Origin: Lytechinus pictus
Taxonomy: Eukaryota
DNA: 64,000 nucleotides
Assembly: GCF_037042905.1 (NCBI RefSeq)
Contig: NC_087245.1
Coordinates: forward strand, 10,604,001-10,668,000
Direction of reading: 5' to 3'
The notes below the pieces were generated by a model. That model ran no database searches. It was given only the letters and a program-made list of their open reading frames with translations, and was not told the origin of the DNA. Below, in pieces: positions 51,175 through 63,140 of this stretch. The stretch's first letter is position 1, and the number at the start of each line of letters is the position of its first letter. The position numbers and the translations under genes were made by a program.

Positions 51175-52640
51175 GAACAAAGAAAAACTTTATTGGCAAT
51201 CGAAGCATTATCATCAGGATTATTTTGTTACCTTACTGAAGCCAATACGTGAAAGTTTAAGATATATATATATATATGAGGGTGCGTGTGTGTGTGTGTG
51301 TGTGTGAATCAAAGAAACAGAGATACATTCAGGCCTAAGGGATGTATGCAATAACGGGGATTTTCAGAGGATGATAAAAGCTGAACAATGGTAGCTCATT
51401 GCGAATCACTTTGCAGCATAAATAGATGCCTAAACCCATTAATATTAATGATATTTATTACTAAATGATTAGTAATTAGTCATTGAAATCAATTTTCGAT
51501 CATATGTTTATTTTTCATGACTGCTACAACCATTGCCGCGGCTGTGAATTCAGACTTTATCACCCTTGTTCCACTGGACGGCAAATATTATTTGTGCTTT
51601 ATAAAAGACCTCGTTATTTCCTTTTTTTCGAACTCTGGATCGTAGTATTAGAAGGTTATGAGGGCATTTTAGCAATCACTGCACAGACGCATTCTATAAC
51701 GCTTATAATCTTTTGTCTCTTCAAAACAAAGCATCCTTTTTCAAAAATCGGCGAATCAAAATATTTAAGACGATTTGTTGTCCAGTCCGCCAACTTTCTC
51801 CAATCTGTCATTGTGATTTGTAGGGCATTTTTAATAGATTCTCAACGGTTCAAAAAGCGTCTGCAAAGTGGATGATAAAATAAGTGAATGACTTCGACTG
51901 ACGCATGGTAATGGCCAGCGAGTAGGAGCAGCCCTGAGGCGACCCCCTACCTGAAAACATGATAGACTACCATTACTGCTTTAAGGAGCGATAGTTCTTT
52001 CTAGCCTTGTGACTCATAATCTATACATTTACATGAAATAAGACATTGCACATGATGCAGGTACCCCAACTCCAATAATTGTGTTAGCCAGGGTTGGATG
52101 GCACAGCCATTGCTATCGTATTGCTCATGTCCAGACTGGGATGAGCCTGCCTTGAAATGTGCCGCAATCCCTGACAAAAAAAAAATCGCGTTCAGGAGTT
52201 TGCTTGCCTTGAGCAAATACTCGATCTCTCTGTTTCAATAAAATCAGTGACAGTAGGGCAAACAAAATCAAAGGCACGTTTCAGCTTCAATCGACACACG
52301 TTACATGCCTCAACTCTCCAGCTAAATTAACAAGCTTCATATCAAACAACTTTCAGATAACAAATTGTGCTGTTAACTTATTTTCTATGTCAAATTCATG
52401 TTAATACTGGTATGTTGAGTTCTTCTGAGCGGGATATTCCTACTTGAAGGGTACAATTCTTTAATTTGTCATGCAGCAGGTTTGCAAATTAATATACTAA
52501 GAATAATGCAGATTTCCGAGCACATACAAGTAACCTTTTCTTGAAAAATGAAATTCTGAAAATTATTATTGTATACTTTTCAACTTGGAGAGGTTCAAGC
52601 TTAATACTAAACAGCTGCCTTTGCCTTATATTGATATATT

Positions 52641-53800
52641 TAGGGGCGGCAATCCTGGGGGGGGGGGGGGGCAGTTTGGCACAGTGCCCCCACTTTTTGA
52701 AGCATTGAAAAAGTGTCCCTTTTATGCAAGAAAAATGCCTCCCTCACGAACGTGTACAGTGGCTCTTTCATCGGAAGAGGATCCGTTTAAGGTTTTTCCA
52801 AATGCCCTTTCTCGTATAAGTGCCATTTCCCCCCGAAATCCCTTTATGGACGTGTTCTGTGCCCTTTTAACCTAAAAAGGACCCGTTTTATGTGTTAACA
52901 TGTGCCATATATCTCGTATCAGTGCCAAATTTTACCAAAAAATTCCCTCTCACGATCGTGTTCTGAACCCCTTTCACCTGAGAAGGACCCGATCTATGCC
53001 GTTAGCAAGTGCCCCTTTGCCTTCTTATATACGTGCCCTTTCTCTTATCGGAGCCCCTTTTTACCCAAGAAAAGTGCCCCTCACGAACATGTCCTGTGCC
53101 CCTTTCATCTGAGAAGGATCCGATTTATGCCGTTAGCAAGTGCCCCTTTGCCTTCTTATATACGTGCCCTTTCTCGTATCGGTGCCCCTTTTTACCTAAG
53201 AAAAGTGTCCCGGACGTGTTCTATGTCCCTTTCACCTGAGAAGGGCCTGTTTTATGTATTAGCGAGTGTCCCTTTGCCTTCTCATAGGTGCCTGTTCTTC
53301 ATATCAGTTAAGTTGTCCTGAAAAACCACTCTTTCCGATGATACCCGGTTTCTTTATTGAGCGCCGTTCTGCTTCCTTTTGAAAGTGCATAATGAATGAA
53401 AAAACTTGTAAAAACAATCCTACGTGCCTTAAGTTTCTTAATTTATGTGAGTGGGGGTAGATAAGCAATTTTTTCATTGATTTAAGATCATGGCCGTAAG
53501 CTGCTGGGGGGGGGGGCAGTTGCCCCCTCCCCCCAAAATTGGGAAAAATCACATTTTTTACTGCAGATTTTCACAAAAATCACCAAAAATATGCACAATA
53601 TCCCAACAATTTCACTTAACAAAATGCAAAAGCGCCTCAATAATAAGCTCGGTCGCTTAGCTCCTTCACTTTTGAATTTTTCAAAAAAGTTTACGTGTGC
53701 TGCCCCCTAGCAAAAAAAATTATGCATACGGCCATGTTTAAGATAGTGCCCTTTTCGAAAGAAAAGGTGCCCCTTTTTTCCCTGTGCCCCCCACTTTCAA
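52641..53800. mobile_element. Older hAT-like non-autonomous element with internal ~100-130-bp tandem repeats rich in GTGCCC(T)n
   Basis: TAGGGGCGGCAATCC + G-run start; CTTTCA(C/T)CTGAGAAGG units at ~52971, 53102 and 53230; right end truncated. Confidence 0.6.
53489..53736. mobile_element. hAT-type MITE (248 bp, 8-bp TSD TTTAAGAT), nested in an older element
   Basis: TTTAAGAT|CATGGCCGTA ... TACGGCCATG|TTTAAGAT. Confidence 0.85.
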
Positions 53801-54000
53801 CTGGATATATTGAAAAAAATTATTTGATTCGTAGTCGCTTTACTCGTCGGGCAAACTCTTCTCATTTACCACAGAATAGGACATCTCTTGCTCAAGACGT
53901 TTGTTTTTATGGGTCCTAAGCTATGGAAATCTTTTACAAGTGACATAAAACTATAGGTTATTCTATACACATTAAAAAGCATTTCTTTTGAATAATTACT
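53798..54000 (+). mobile_element. Degenerate 3' fragment of a CR1/L2-group LINE ORF2
   Basis: Translates ...NYLIRSRFTRRANSSHLPQNRTSLAQ/(fs)TFVFMGPKLW..., resembling the C-terminal motif of CR1/L2-group RTs. Confidence 0.55.
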
Positions 54001-54058
54001 AGATTAGTTAATACATCAATGATAAATTAAGGTACACGTATATATATATATATATATA

Positions 54059-54178
54059 TAAAGAAATGGATGAAGAGAACAATAGTAGGCGTAGCTTAAA
54101 TCAAGGTTCCCCAGAGATAGCTCTGGGGAACCTTGATTTAAGCTACGCCTACCATTGTTCTCTTCATCCATTTCTTTA
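54059..54178. repeat. Near-perfect palindrome: 58-bp arms, 1 mismatch, 4-nt loop
   Basis: TAAAGAAATGG...TTCCCCAGAG-ATAG-CTCTGGGGAA...CCATTTCTTTA. Confidence 0.95.
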
Positions 54179-54232
54179 CAATATTTAAATAAAAAGAGTT
54201 GCCAAAGCTGTTGTACATGTATAACTTTACAC

Positions 54233-54269
<37 letters not shown>

Positions 54270-54270
<1 letters not shown>

Positions 54271-54650
54271 CAATTCAATTCTTTTTTCCATTTCAATTCA
54301 AAACATAATGCAAAGTATAATATGAAGTAATATAAATCAATTACAATTTTACAGACGAGCATTCTTACTTCGTAAAACAAAAAAAAAAACAGTATAATAT
54401 TGAGCATAAATGGAAATGAGGGGGTCCACTAAAAGCAAAGCTTGTAAAGCGTAGATCCCCCTTGGAAATGAAGAAAATATTATCGACTTATTCATATATG
54501 CGTATATATACAGGAAAGAAAAAAGAGAAGGAAAAAAGGTCGAAATCATATTAATGTAAACATAATTACTGACCAAATGCAAAGCTACTCACACAATGTA
54601 TATACTATTTGGGAAAGCTTTATTTATTTGTAAACACTATGAATTTTGTA
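54270..54650 (-). mobile_element. LINE 3' UTR remnant with (GAATT)n tail
   Basis: Minus strand reads ...GGGGGATCTACGCTTTACAAGCTTTGCTTTTAGTGGACCCCCTCATTTCC... and ends in GAATTGAATTGAA next to a (TA)n run. Confidence 0.45.
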
Positions 54651-54735
54651 TATATCATTATTTCACTTCAATTCAGATACGATACAAACACAAAATTAGG
54701 CCTACTCTTACAGAGGGCCTGTTACAACCGATAAT

Positions 54736-56460
54736 CCCGACCTTTCGTTGGAGAACGCGAACGCTTATTTGCGACGTTAGTTGATTTTGGAAGAGACTTT
54801 TGGGCCCGTCGTCATGGTCGTAAAACTCTGTCCTGCAATGCATATCGTGTGACATGAGATTTTTTTTCGTTTCGCATCTGGAACGGAAACATTCAATTTG
54901 CGTTTCGTGTGCAAAATTCTGGTTGCTACTACGGTAACAACGATATATCTGATTTAGGACGACTTTTCAAAGCCACATTTGGTTCCTCCCAGAGCTCGAA
55001 AGGCCGCCCAGGTGCCCCACTTCCATTGAAGAGTGGATACCAGGCGCGACCACGCGTAAAAAGGGAAAGAGTGGGCAAGTACGTTACGTATAGGCCTATG
55101 TAACGTTATAAGGGTGTCAAAAACGTTGTTTAAAAAACTGAAAAAGGAGGATATGTTTTCAATACTTGTAGGGTTTCACAAGCTAAATACTTGTTAAGAG
55201 ATGCATTTTCATAATCTGGAAAAGCCTTGCTTCCCTTGTTTAGGGTGCTTTTCGAAACTGCATGGTCGTGCCTGGTATCCACTCATCAATGGAAGTGGTC
55301 CCCCGGGAATTCGAATCTAATCCCCCATTTATGTGGAAAGTAAAGCATAATGCCTATTACATTGTGTGCTAGGGGCATATCGTTTGTGTAGGAGTAAACA
55401 AAAGAAAAAAAACCGTGTTCAGACGTATACATGCTGTGTACATAATCAACGCATGCGAAATGGTTTCGGCTGGAGAGGTGATTTGACCCATGGAATCAAT
55501 TGCCAGAGATCCACCAATAATCCACATTAAATGCAATAATGATCTATATCAAAGCCTTAATTCAGTAAGTTTTTCCTCACTCAATATGTACTCGATTTGT
55601 TTGAAAAACCACTTTCTTATCCATGTCATTATCTTTTTTAGGTCCTGCATTTCGAATATCTCCAGCCATCAGTCGTAATGTACATGCATGTATGGTGCGG
55701 GTGTCGCGGGACAGAATTTTGCACACGAAAAGCAGATCTGTAGGGCCTGTAACCCCCCCTGTAACACAAAGCTTAACATTGATTGTAGAGCAGTTTTCTA
55801 CGTTTGATTCTATTGACTATAATGTACAATCAATCTTAAAAATCAAGTGTATGATTAAGCGTTAACTTTTGTGTTAGGGGACCCTAATATTAGCGTCCGT
55901 GAGGATTGTGAAAGGTGGCAACTGTCGCAGCAACGTATAATGTCACACCAACGCATAATGTCGCAGATTGCGACATTCCGGACCTTTCGTTGGAGAACGC
56001 GAACGCTTATTTACGACGTTAGTTGATTTTGGAAGAGACTTTTTGGGCCCGTCGTCATGGTCGTAAAACTCTTTCCTGCAATGCAAATTGTGTGACATGA
56101 GATTTTTTTTTTCATTTCGCATCTGTAACGGAAACATTCAATATGCGTTTCGTGAGCAAAATTCTGGTTGCTACTATGGTAACAGCGATACATCCGATTT
56201 AGGACGACTTCCAAAGCCACATTTGGTTCCTCCCAGAGCTCGAGAGGCCGCCCGGGGGGCCGACATCCATTGATGAGTGCATAACAGGCGCGACCACGCG
56301 TAAAAGGGGACAGAGAGGGCAAGAACGTTACGTATAGGCCTATGTAACGTTATAAAATACTGAAAAAGGGATATGTTTCCAATACTTGTAGGGTTTCACA
56401 AGCCAAATACTTGTTAAGAGATGCATTTTTCATAATCTGGAAAAGACTTGCTTCCCGTCT
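54736..56460 (+). repeat. Local direct duplication of a ~480-bp composite repeat (54736-55235 and 55978-56455)
   Basis: Both copies start GACCTTTCGTTGGAGAACGCGAACGCTTATTT and run through CAGGCGCGACCACGCGTAAAAG to CATAATCTGGAAAAG. Confidence 0.85.
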
Positions 56461-56710
56461 TAGCTTAACGCTTGAGCAAATTTTTTTTTACAATGATAAA
56501 GTGAGGTGAAAATTTTGCGTGTCGTACGGGACGCAGAAATGACACGCTACATTTTCCCCTGTAATTTACCCATGAACAACACATGTGCTTGTTGTTATTT
56601 TTTCACATGGCTACCCAGTAGTACTTTATTAATACCAAATTCAATTGAAGTTCCTCATTTTGTTTGGACTGCAAAATTGAAAAAAAAAAATGAAAATGGC
56701 TATTTTTTCT

Positions 56711-56923
56711 GGTTCCATGACATTTGCTCCGGCGACAATTGCTCCGATTGAAAATCTACACAATAAGCAAAACATAAAACCTAACTTCCAAAACTAAATA
56801 AACCCTATTCGTAATCATTACAATATTCTGAACCAAAAACTCTATCACAATCCTAACTCTAATCCTATGCCTTCTGAAATATTAAGCCCGGAGCAATTGT
56901 CGCAGGAGCAAATGTCGTGTCAC
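56711..56923. repeat. ~200-bp interspersed inverted-repeat element, copy 2
   Basis: GGTTCCATGACATTTGCTCCGGCGACAATTGCTCCG ... CGGAGCAATTGTCGCAGGAGCAAATGTCGTGTCAC. Confidence 0.7.
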
Positions 56924-57275
56924 TATTTTTTCTAGCATGGAATCGCCCAATTGTGGGGAATTAAACAATTGAATTTAACTGAATTGAATGAATTTGGTTA
57001 TCTATGTTCTTACTTAATGGAATTCGAAAGCAAACACTTCCGTTTACGATATATCAATTGAAAAAAATGTCGTTAGAAAACTTCCTTTAAAAATATAAAC
57101 TTCGATCTTTGAGGATTTCTTTCTGTAAGGTATATGGGAAAATAGTTGGTTATGTTGAATGAAGCAAGAGCTTCCTATCGATTGTTTTTTATGTTCTGTA
57201 TACGGCTCATCAATTTAGCATTGCAATACCCTCCTAACATGCCAGCCAAAAGCTCTCTCTCACTCTATTTAATAT

Positions 57276-60200
57276 TAGACGGGTCAATATACGACCAAAA
57301 ATAGCCTTACCCGGAACAAATTGCAACAAATGATTTTTCAACGGTATTTTGTACTATTTGACCTCAGGAATAACATACTAAATATCTACCAAAATCCGCA
57401 TACGGGAAAGTGGTTATTTTCAAGATGGCGTCCAAGATGGCCGCCATTCACAAAAAAATGGATACAAATGACACATTATCCACCCTAGAATCCTAATTCG
57501 GTTCATATTCCACGGTCTGGGGGTAAAAAAAAAAGATTTAGGCTAGAATGAATTATAAGCCCTCCAGTGTACCAGGCAAATCCAAGATGGCGCCCAAAAT
57601 GGATGCCATAGGCTGAAAATCCACAATTCATCTAAATTTGTTTTTTATTCAATGGTTTTAAGGGTGAAATGGTACATTGAAACAAGTTACAAGGACAGCC
57701 AGTGGTCTGGTGTGTCCAAGAATCCAGGATGGCTTCCATGAATGGAGTTTAAAATGGCTGTTGATAATTAAAATGGACATAGTTCATTTCATATCCGCCT
57801 GGGACATAATGATTTTGGTGTCTAGACCATGATTTCAATGGTCAAATAAGACATTGGGACAAGTTACAAGGACAGTCAGTGGTGCAGTATGTTAAAAAAT
57901 CCAAGATGGTTTCCAAAAATGGAGTCGAAAATTGCTGTTGCTACTTAAAAAAATCCGACATAGTTTGCTCAATGTCCAGAAATATGATTTTTGTGTCTAT
58001 ACCATGGTTAAATGGGTCAAATAATACATTGGGATAAGTTACAAGGAAAGTCAATGGTCTGGTATGTCCAAAAATCGAAGTTGGCGTCCAAAAATTGATC
58101 TTAAGAATATGCTGCTGATACTTAAAGCGGACAAAGCTCATTTCATATCGGCCTGGGAATGTGATTTTGGTGTCTAAACCACTGGTTTGAGGGCCAAAAT
58201 AATACATTAGGACAAATTTTAAGGCCAGTCAGTGGTTTGGTATGACCAAAAATCCATTATGGCTTCCAAAACCTTATTTTAAAATGGCTGTTGATACTTT
58301 AAAGTGGCATATATCATTTTAAATCCGCCTGTGAGATATGATTTCGGTGTCTAAACTATGGTTTCAAGGGTCAAATTATATATTAGGACAAGACAATGGC
58401 AGTCAGTGGTCTAGTATGTCCAAAATTACAAGATGGCTTCCAAAAATGGAGTAAAAAAATGTCTGATGTTACTTATAAAAGGACATAGTTTGTTTAATAT
58501 CTGTCTGGGGAATATGAGTTTGGTGTTAAACCATGGTTTAAAAAGGTCAAGTAATACACTAGGGTCAGTTGCAAGACCAATCAGTTGTCTGTATGTTAAA
58601 AATCCAAGATTACTTTTAAAAAATGGGGTGTAAATTGACTGTTGCTACTTAAAAGTATGCATAGTTTATTATAAATACACCTTGGATGTATGATTTTGCT
58701 GTCTATGCTAGAGTTTACAGGGTCAAGCAATACATTGGGTTAAGTTGAAAGGACAGTCAGGTGTCAGGTATGTCCAAAAATCGAAGATGGCTTTAACAAT
58801 GGGGTCTTAAATGGCTGCTGTCACTTAAAAGTGGATGCAGAACATTATAAATACACCTTGGGGATATTATTTTGGTGTCTACACAAGGGTTTCAAGGGTC
58901 AAACAATACTTTGGGACTGGTTACCATGATATGCAGCTATCCATTTTGCCTCAAAATCCAAGTTGGCTTAAAACATGGGTTCTAAAGTGACTACTGTTAC
59001 GTAAAATATCTGCCTGTTAGAAATAATCTAGGTTCCTACACTTAAATGCATGGGGACAAGTTATTATTGTTTCATGAGTTGTTAACAGCACCCATTTTGA
59101 TGAAATTTTAGAATCCATCATAGATTCTTTGACAACATTGAGTACTAACCATCCTTGTTATTTGTCCGATTGTATTATTTGACCCTTCGTACCACAATTT
59201 GGACACCAACATTATTTCTTACAGGTGAATATTGTAGAACTCTGACCACTATTGAATATGAGTCGTTTTAGATTCCCTTTTTAGAAACCCTCTTGTGTTT
59301 TAGGCAAACTGGACAACTGCATATCGATGTAACCAGTCCAAACGTATTGTTTTAACCATGAAACCATAGTGTGGACACCGAAATCATATCTCCTTGGTGG
59401 ATAATGAACTATGTCCATTTTAAAAGTAACAGCAGTCATTTTAGACTCCGATTTTTGGAAGCTTTCTTAGATTTTCGACATACTGGACCACTGACTGTCC
59501 TTGTAACTAATTTTCTTCCTTTTGAAACCATGATATAGGCAACAAAATCATATGCCCTTGACGAATATAACATGAACAATGTCCATTTTTAAATACCATC
59601 GCGGCTAATTGATACTATTTTTAAAGCCACCGTGGACTTTTGGACATACTTGACCACCCATCGTCCTTGTAACTTATCCCAATTCATTATTTGACCCATT
59701 TAACCATGGTATAGGCACAAAAATCATATTCCCGGATATTGAACAAACTATGTTGGGTTTTATTTAAGTAGTAACAGCATTTTTTACTCCATTTTTGGAA
59801 GCCATCTTGGATTTGTTAACATACCGGACCACTGACTGTCCTTGTAACTTGTCACAATGTATTATTTGACCATTGAAACCATGAGCTATGCCCATTTTAA
59901 GGATAAACAGCCATTTTAAACTCAATTTTTGGAAGCCGTCTTGTATTTTTGGACACACCAGACCACTGGCTGTCCTTGTAACTTGTCCCGATGTACTACT
60001 TCATCATCAAAACAATCGAATGGAAACCAAATTAAAGCCACTTAAGTAAGTAATATATGAATTGTGGATTTTTTAGACTACGGCAGCCATTTTTGGCGCC
60101 ATCTTGGATTTTCCTGGTACCCTGGAGTGCTAAAATTCACTCTAACTTGTATAAATAAATTCGTTTACCCATTGGACCATGGAATATGAACCCAAATAGG

Positions 60201-60405
60201 ATTCTAGGGTGGATAATGAGTGAGTTATATCCATTTATAGTGAATGGCGGCCATCTTGGACGCCATCTTGAAAATAACCACTTTCCTGGATGCGGATTTT
60301 GGTAGATTCTTAGTATGTTATTCCTGAGGTCAAATACTGCCAGAAACAGTTGAAAAATCATTTGTTGCAATTTGTTCCGGGTCAAACCATATATTGACCC
60401 GTCTA
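57276..60405. mobile_element. Foldback-type non-autonomous DNA transposon, copy 2 (3.1 kb, inverted relative to copy 1)
   Basis: Same termini; TAT flanks both ends; colinear with the reverse complement of 40336-43865 but ~400 bp shorter. Confidence 0.88.
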
Positions 60406-60420
60406 TATATATATTTTAAT

Positions 60421-60537
60421 CAGTGGCGGACCGTGACCCGGAGGAGACAAAGCATTGGAGGGGCACAGCATTGTTCACAAACAATACAGTGCCCCTCCAA
60501 CAATGCTTTCTCTCCTCCGGGTCACGGTCCGCTACTG
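60421..60537. mobile_element. hAT-type hairpin MITE (117 bp, 8-bp TSD ATTTTAAT)
   Basis: ATTTTAAT|CAGTGGCGGACCGTGACCCGGAGGAGA ... TCTCCTCCGGGTCACGGTCCGCTACTG|ATTTTAAT. Confidence 0.88.
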
Positions 60538-61871
60538 ATTTTAATATATATATATATATATATATACAGTATCGACTAATGATATTGACTTTACGTTGTC
60601 TAGTATCTATACCATTTAATCGATGATATTGTATTATATCATTATCCCTCCATTATTTCAATTAATAATACCTTCATAATTGCATTCACCGTGAGAGTAT
60701 GCAGGATGCGTCAAAATGAGTCGTTATATTATTCCATTAAGGACACTTTTGTAGTGGAATGGAAACTCCAAAAGCGGAAAAAAAATTGTGATGTAAGAAT
60801 CGTTACAACTCGTTCTTGTATTATCATTATCTGTTCTCATCGTAATCGGACGTGATTCGGTCAGAATCTTCAAATAATCCATCATTTAATCAGCTCATAA
60901 AATGCCTAACAAATTACATAAATTACAATTCATATATGTACATGCATACTACGTAAAGAGAAGAGACCTTGAAATGTAAGTATTCTTTAGAAATTGAAAT
61001 GAGAATTGTTCTTCAGTAAGTTTACACACACACACCCCACACTAATCCTTGCACACATACACTCTCTCTTACACACGCCCTATACACCTTCACATATACA
61101 CACACCAGCGCACAAGTGAGGACGCTTAACTTCAATCGTCTGCAGCATTTCTTTTCCTTTTCTACACATATACTGAATTATTTTAAGTCTCTTTGAGATA
61201 ACGATACAATCGATGACATCAATATATAATATCAGCTAAAATCTTGCTTATAATTTTATCAATGATTTGAGTATATCAAATATTTCTGTGTCTAATGTAG
61301 TAGGTTTTACGGTACACCGTGTATCTTTTTTTGGGGGCAACTGTTGGTCCTGAAGAGGACCACCCAATCTCTGTGTTTATTTCATATCTTATTTGTGTGC
61401 TTTTGAGCATCTCTAACGGGATGGATATGGCGCCTTATACATTGCATTTTCATTTATTATTGTCACCAGATATACCAACACAAAAAAGAAATTACGAACT
61501 TTATCTAGCGGAAGTATCATCAGGAGTAAAGGTCACAGTGAAATTGAGTGAATGTGGTTATATTGTTTGCATAAAAGAGCGCAAATTTAATCAAGTGAAT
61601 GTTTATTGCAATCAATAATTTTCAGAGATGCGAGATGAGAGTCGCAATCCAGTGATCAATATAGTGACCAGACGTGGGGCAAATTTGTTTTCCCATCACC
61701 ACATATACACAGCAGGGAGTATATTTATCTTGCCAAAAATCGCTAACATTTTTTTATTAAAGGAAGGCTCACCTAATGTCTGTATAAGTTACAAAATCAC
61801 ACATAATTATATATTTTTTGCATTTATATGAGAATATACATGTAATTATTATCTGCGAACATGCCTATCAG

Positions 61872-62026
61872 GGGCCCGTTGCATAAAACGTTTTACCTGA
61901 GAAAACTCAGGTTGTTTTTACCGGAGTTTTTGCCCTGTGTTAAAGTCAATGGCAGAAATTAGACAAACCTTAGTTTTCAGTTTTTACCAGAGTTTTCTCA
62001 GGTAAAAAGTTTTATGCAACAGGCCC
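61872..62026. mobile_element. PIF/Harbinger-type MITE (155 bp, CAG TSD)
   Basis: CAG|GGGCCCGTTGCATAAAAC...TTTACCTGAGAAAACTC ... GAGTTTTCTCAGGTAAAAAGTTTTATGCAACAGGCCC|CAG. Confidence 0.8.
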
Positions 62027-62082
62027 CAGATATATGAAGGCCTGGGCCCGTATTCCATAAACAAGATAAGCTTTTTGCTTAA

Positions 62083-62666
62083 AGGAGAATGAAACCCTTG
62101 AAACCAGCTGAATCCATATCAAAGAGAAATATCAAAGAAACATATTGTTGAAAGTTTGAGGAAGATTGAATGGATAATAAGAAAGTTATGAGCATTTGAA
62201 TATTGAGATCACTAATGCCATGTAGATCCTCCCATTGGCAATGCGACCAAGATCTGTGATGTCACACACGTACAACTCCCTCATTGCTTTAGTACTTATT
62301 TCACTTATATTCTCACTTTTATAGAATCTGTCACAAGGTGAGGTGTTCTCTTTATGAGAGGACAAGTACAGAGGTTTCACAACATTATATCATTGATGAA
62401 TCGTTTGTCATATGATTAGAATGAGCAAAAAGAGATGTTTTGGGGTATATTTTCAGTGTCCAAAAGGGGAGAGTTGTTCATCTGTGATATCATAGATCTT
62501 GGTTGCGTTGCCAATGGGAGGATCTCCATAGCATTAGTGATCTCGACATTCAAATGCTCATAACTCTTCTATTGCTAGTCCTATTTTACTCAAACTTTTG
62601 TTGATCTTATTCTTTGATTTTTCTACTTTCACAAAAGCTAACTTGCTCCAAGAGTTTCATTCTCCT
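62083..62666. mobile_element. Kolobok-type MITE, family B (584 bp, TTAA TSD)
   Basis: TTAA|AGGAGAATGAAAC ... GTTTCATTCTCCT|TTAA; inserted into an older GGGCCCGTATT-type element beginning ~62044. Confidence 0.85.
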
Positions 62667-62903
62667 TTAAGTCTTAGCAATTTGTCTTAGCATTTTGTTT
62701 GTCTAAGAAAACTTCCCTAACGATATTTTATAAACTTTAAGACATTTCTCAGGTCAGGCGATATGGCTAAGCCAAAGTCTCAAATTCTATGACCTTCAGC
62801 GACCTTCTCAATAATGAATTGCTGCAGGGGTGGCTGCAACAAACTTGCAAAAATGTCACTGAAGTTGTTTTTTCTTAAAAATCGGATTTTATTGAAACCA
62901 ATT

Positions 62904-63140
62904 AGGATGGGGGGTCGGGTGTCCGGACACTTTATATTTTTGAAGCCTTCTTTTTTGTCTTTGGATTACACTAAAAATGTGAATTCAATAGTTGTAATCA
63001 TCTACTATTTTGTTCTCTATAATATTTCCTAACATTTTGTACTAAAAATTGATGAAACTTCGCTTGTCATTTTTTCCGGATGACTTTCTAAAATTGATCG
63101 TCCGGACACACAACCTGTCCGGACACACAACAACTGGGTA
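62904..63140. repeat. ~240-bp interspersed repeat with GTGTCCGGACAC palindromes, copy 2
   Basis: GGATGGGGGGTCGGGTGTCCGGACAC ... TCCGGACACACAACAACTGGG. Confidence 0.65.

Noticed and set aside
52585..53321. Pro/Cys-rich overlapping ORFs
   Set aside because: Produced by GTGCCC-rich tandem repeats of a non-autonomous element.
40881..60385. Short ORFs inside the foldback elements as transposase
   Set aside because: They arise from the ~176-bp repeat units; no DDE or DNA-binding motifs.
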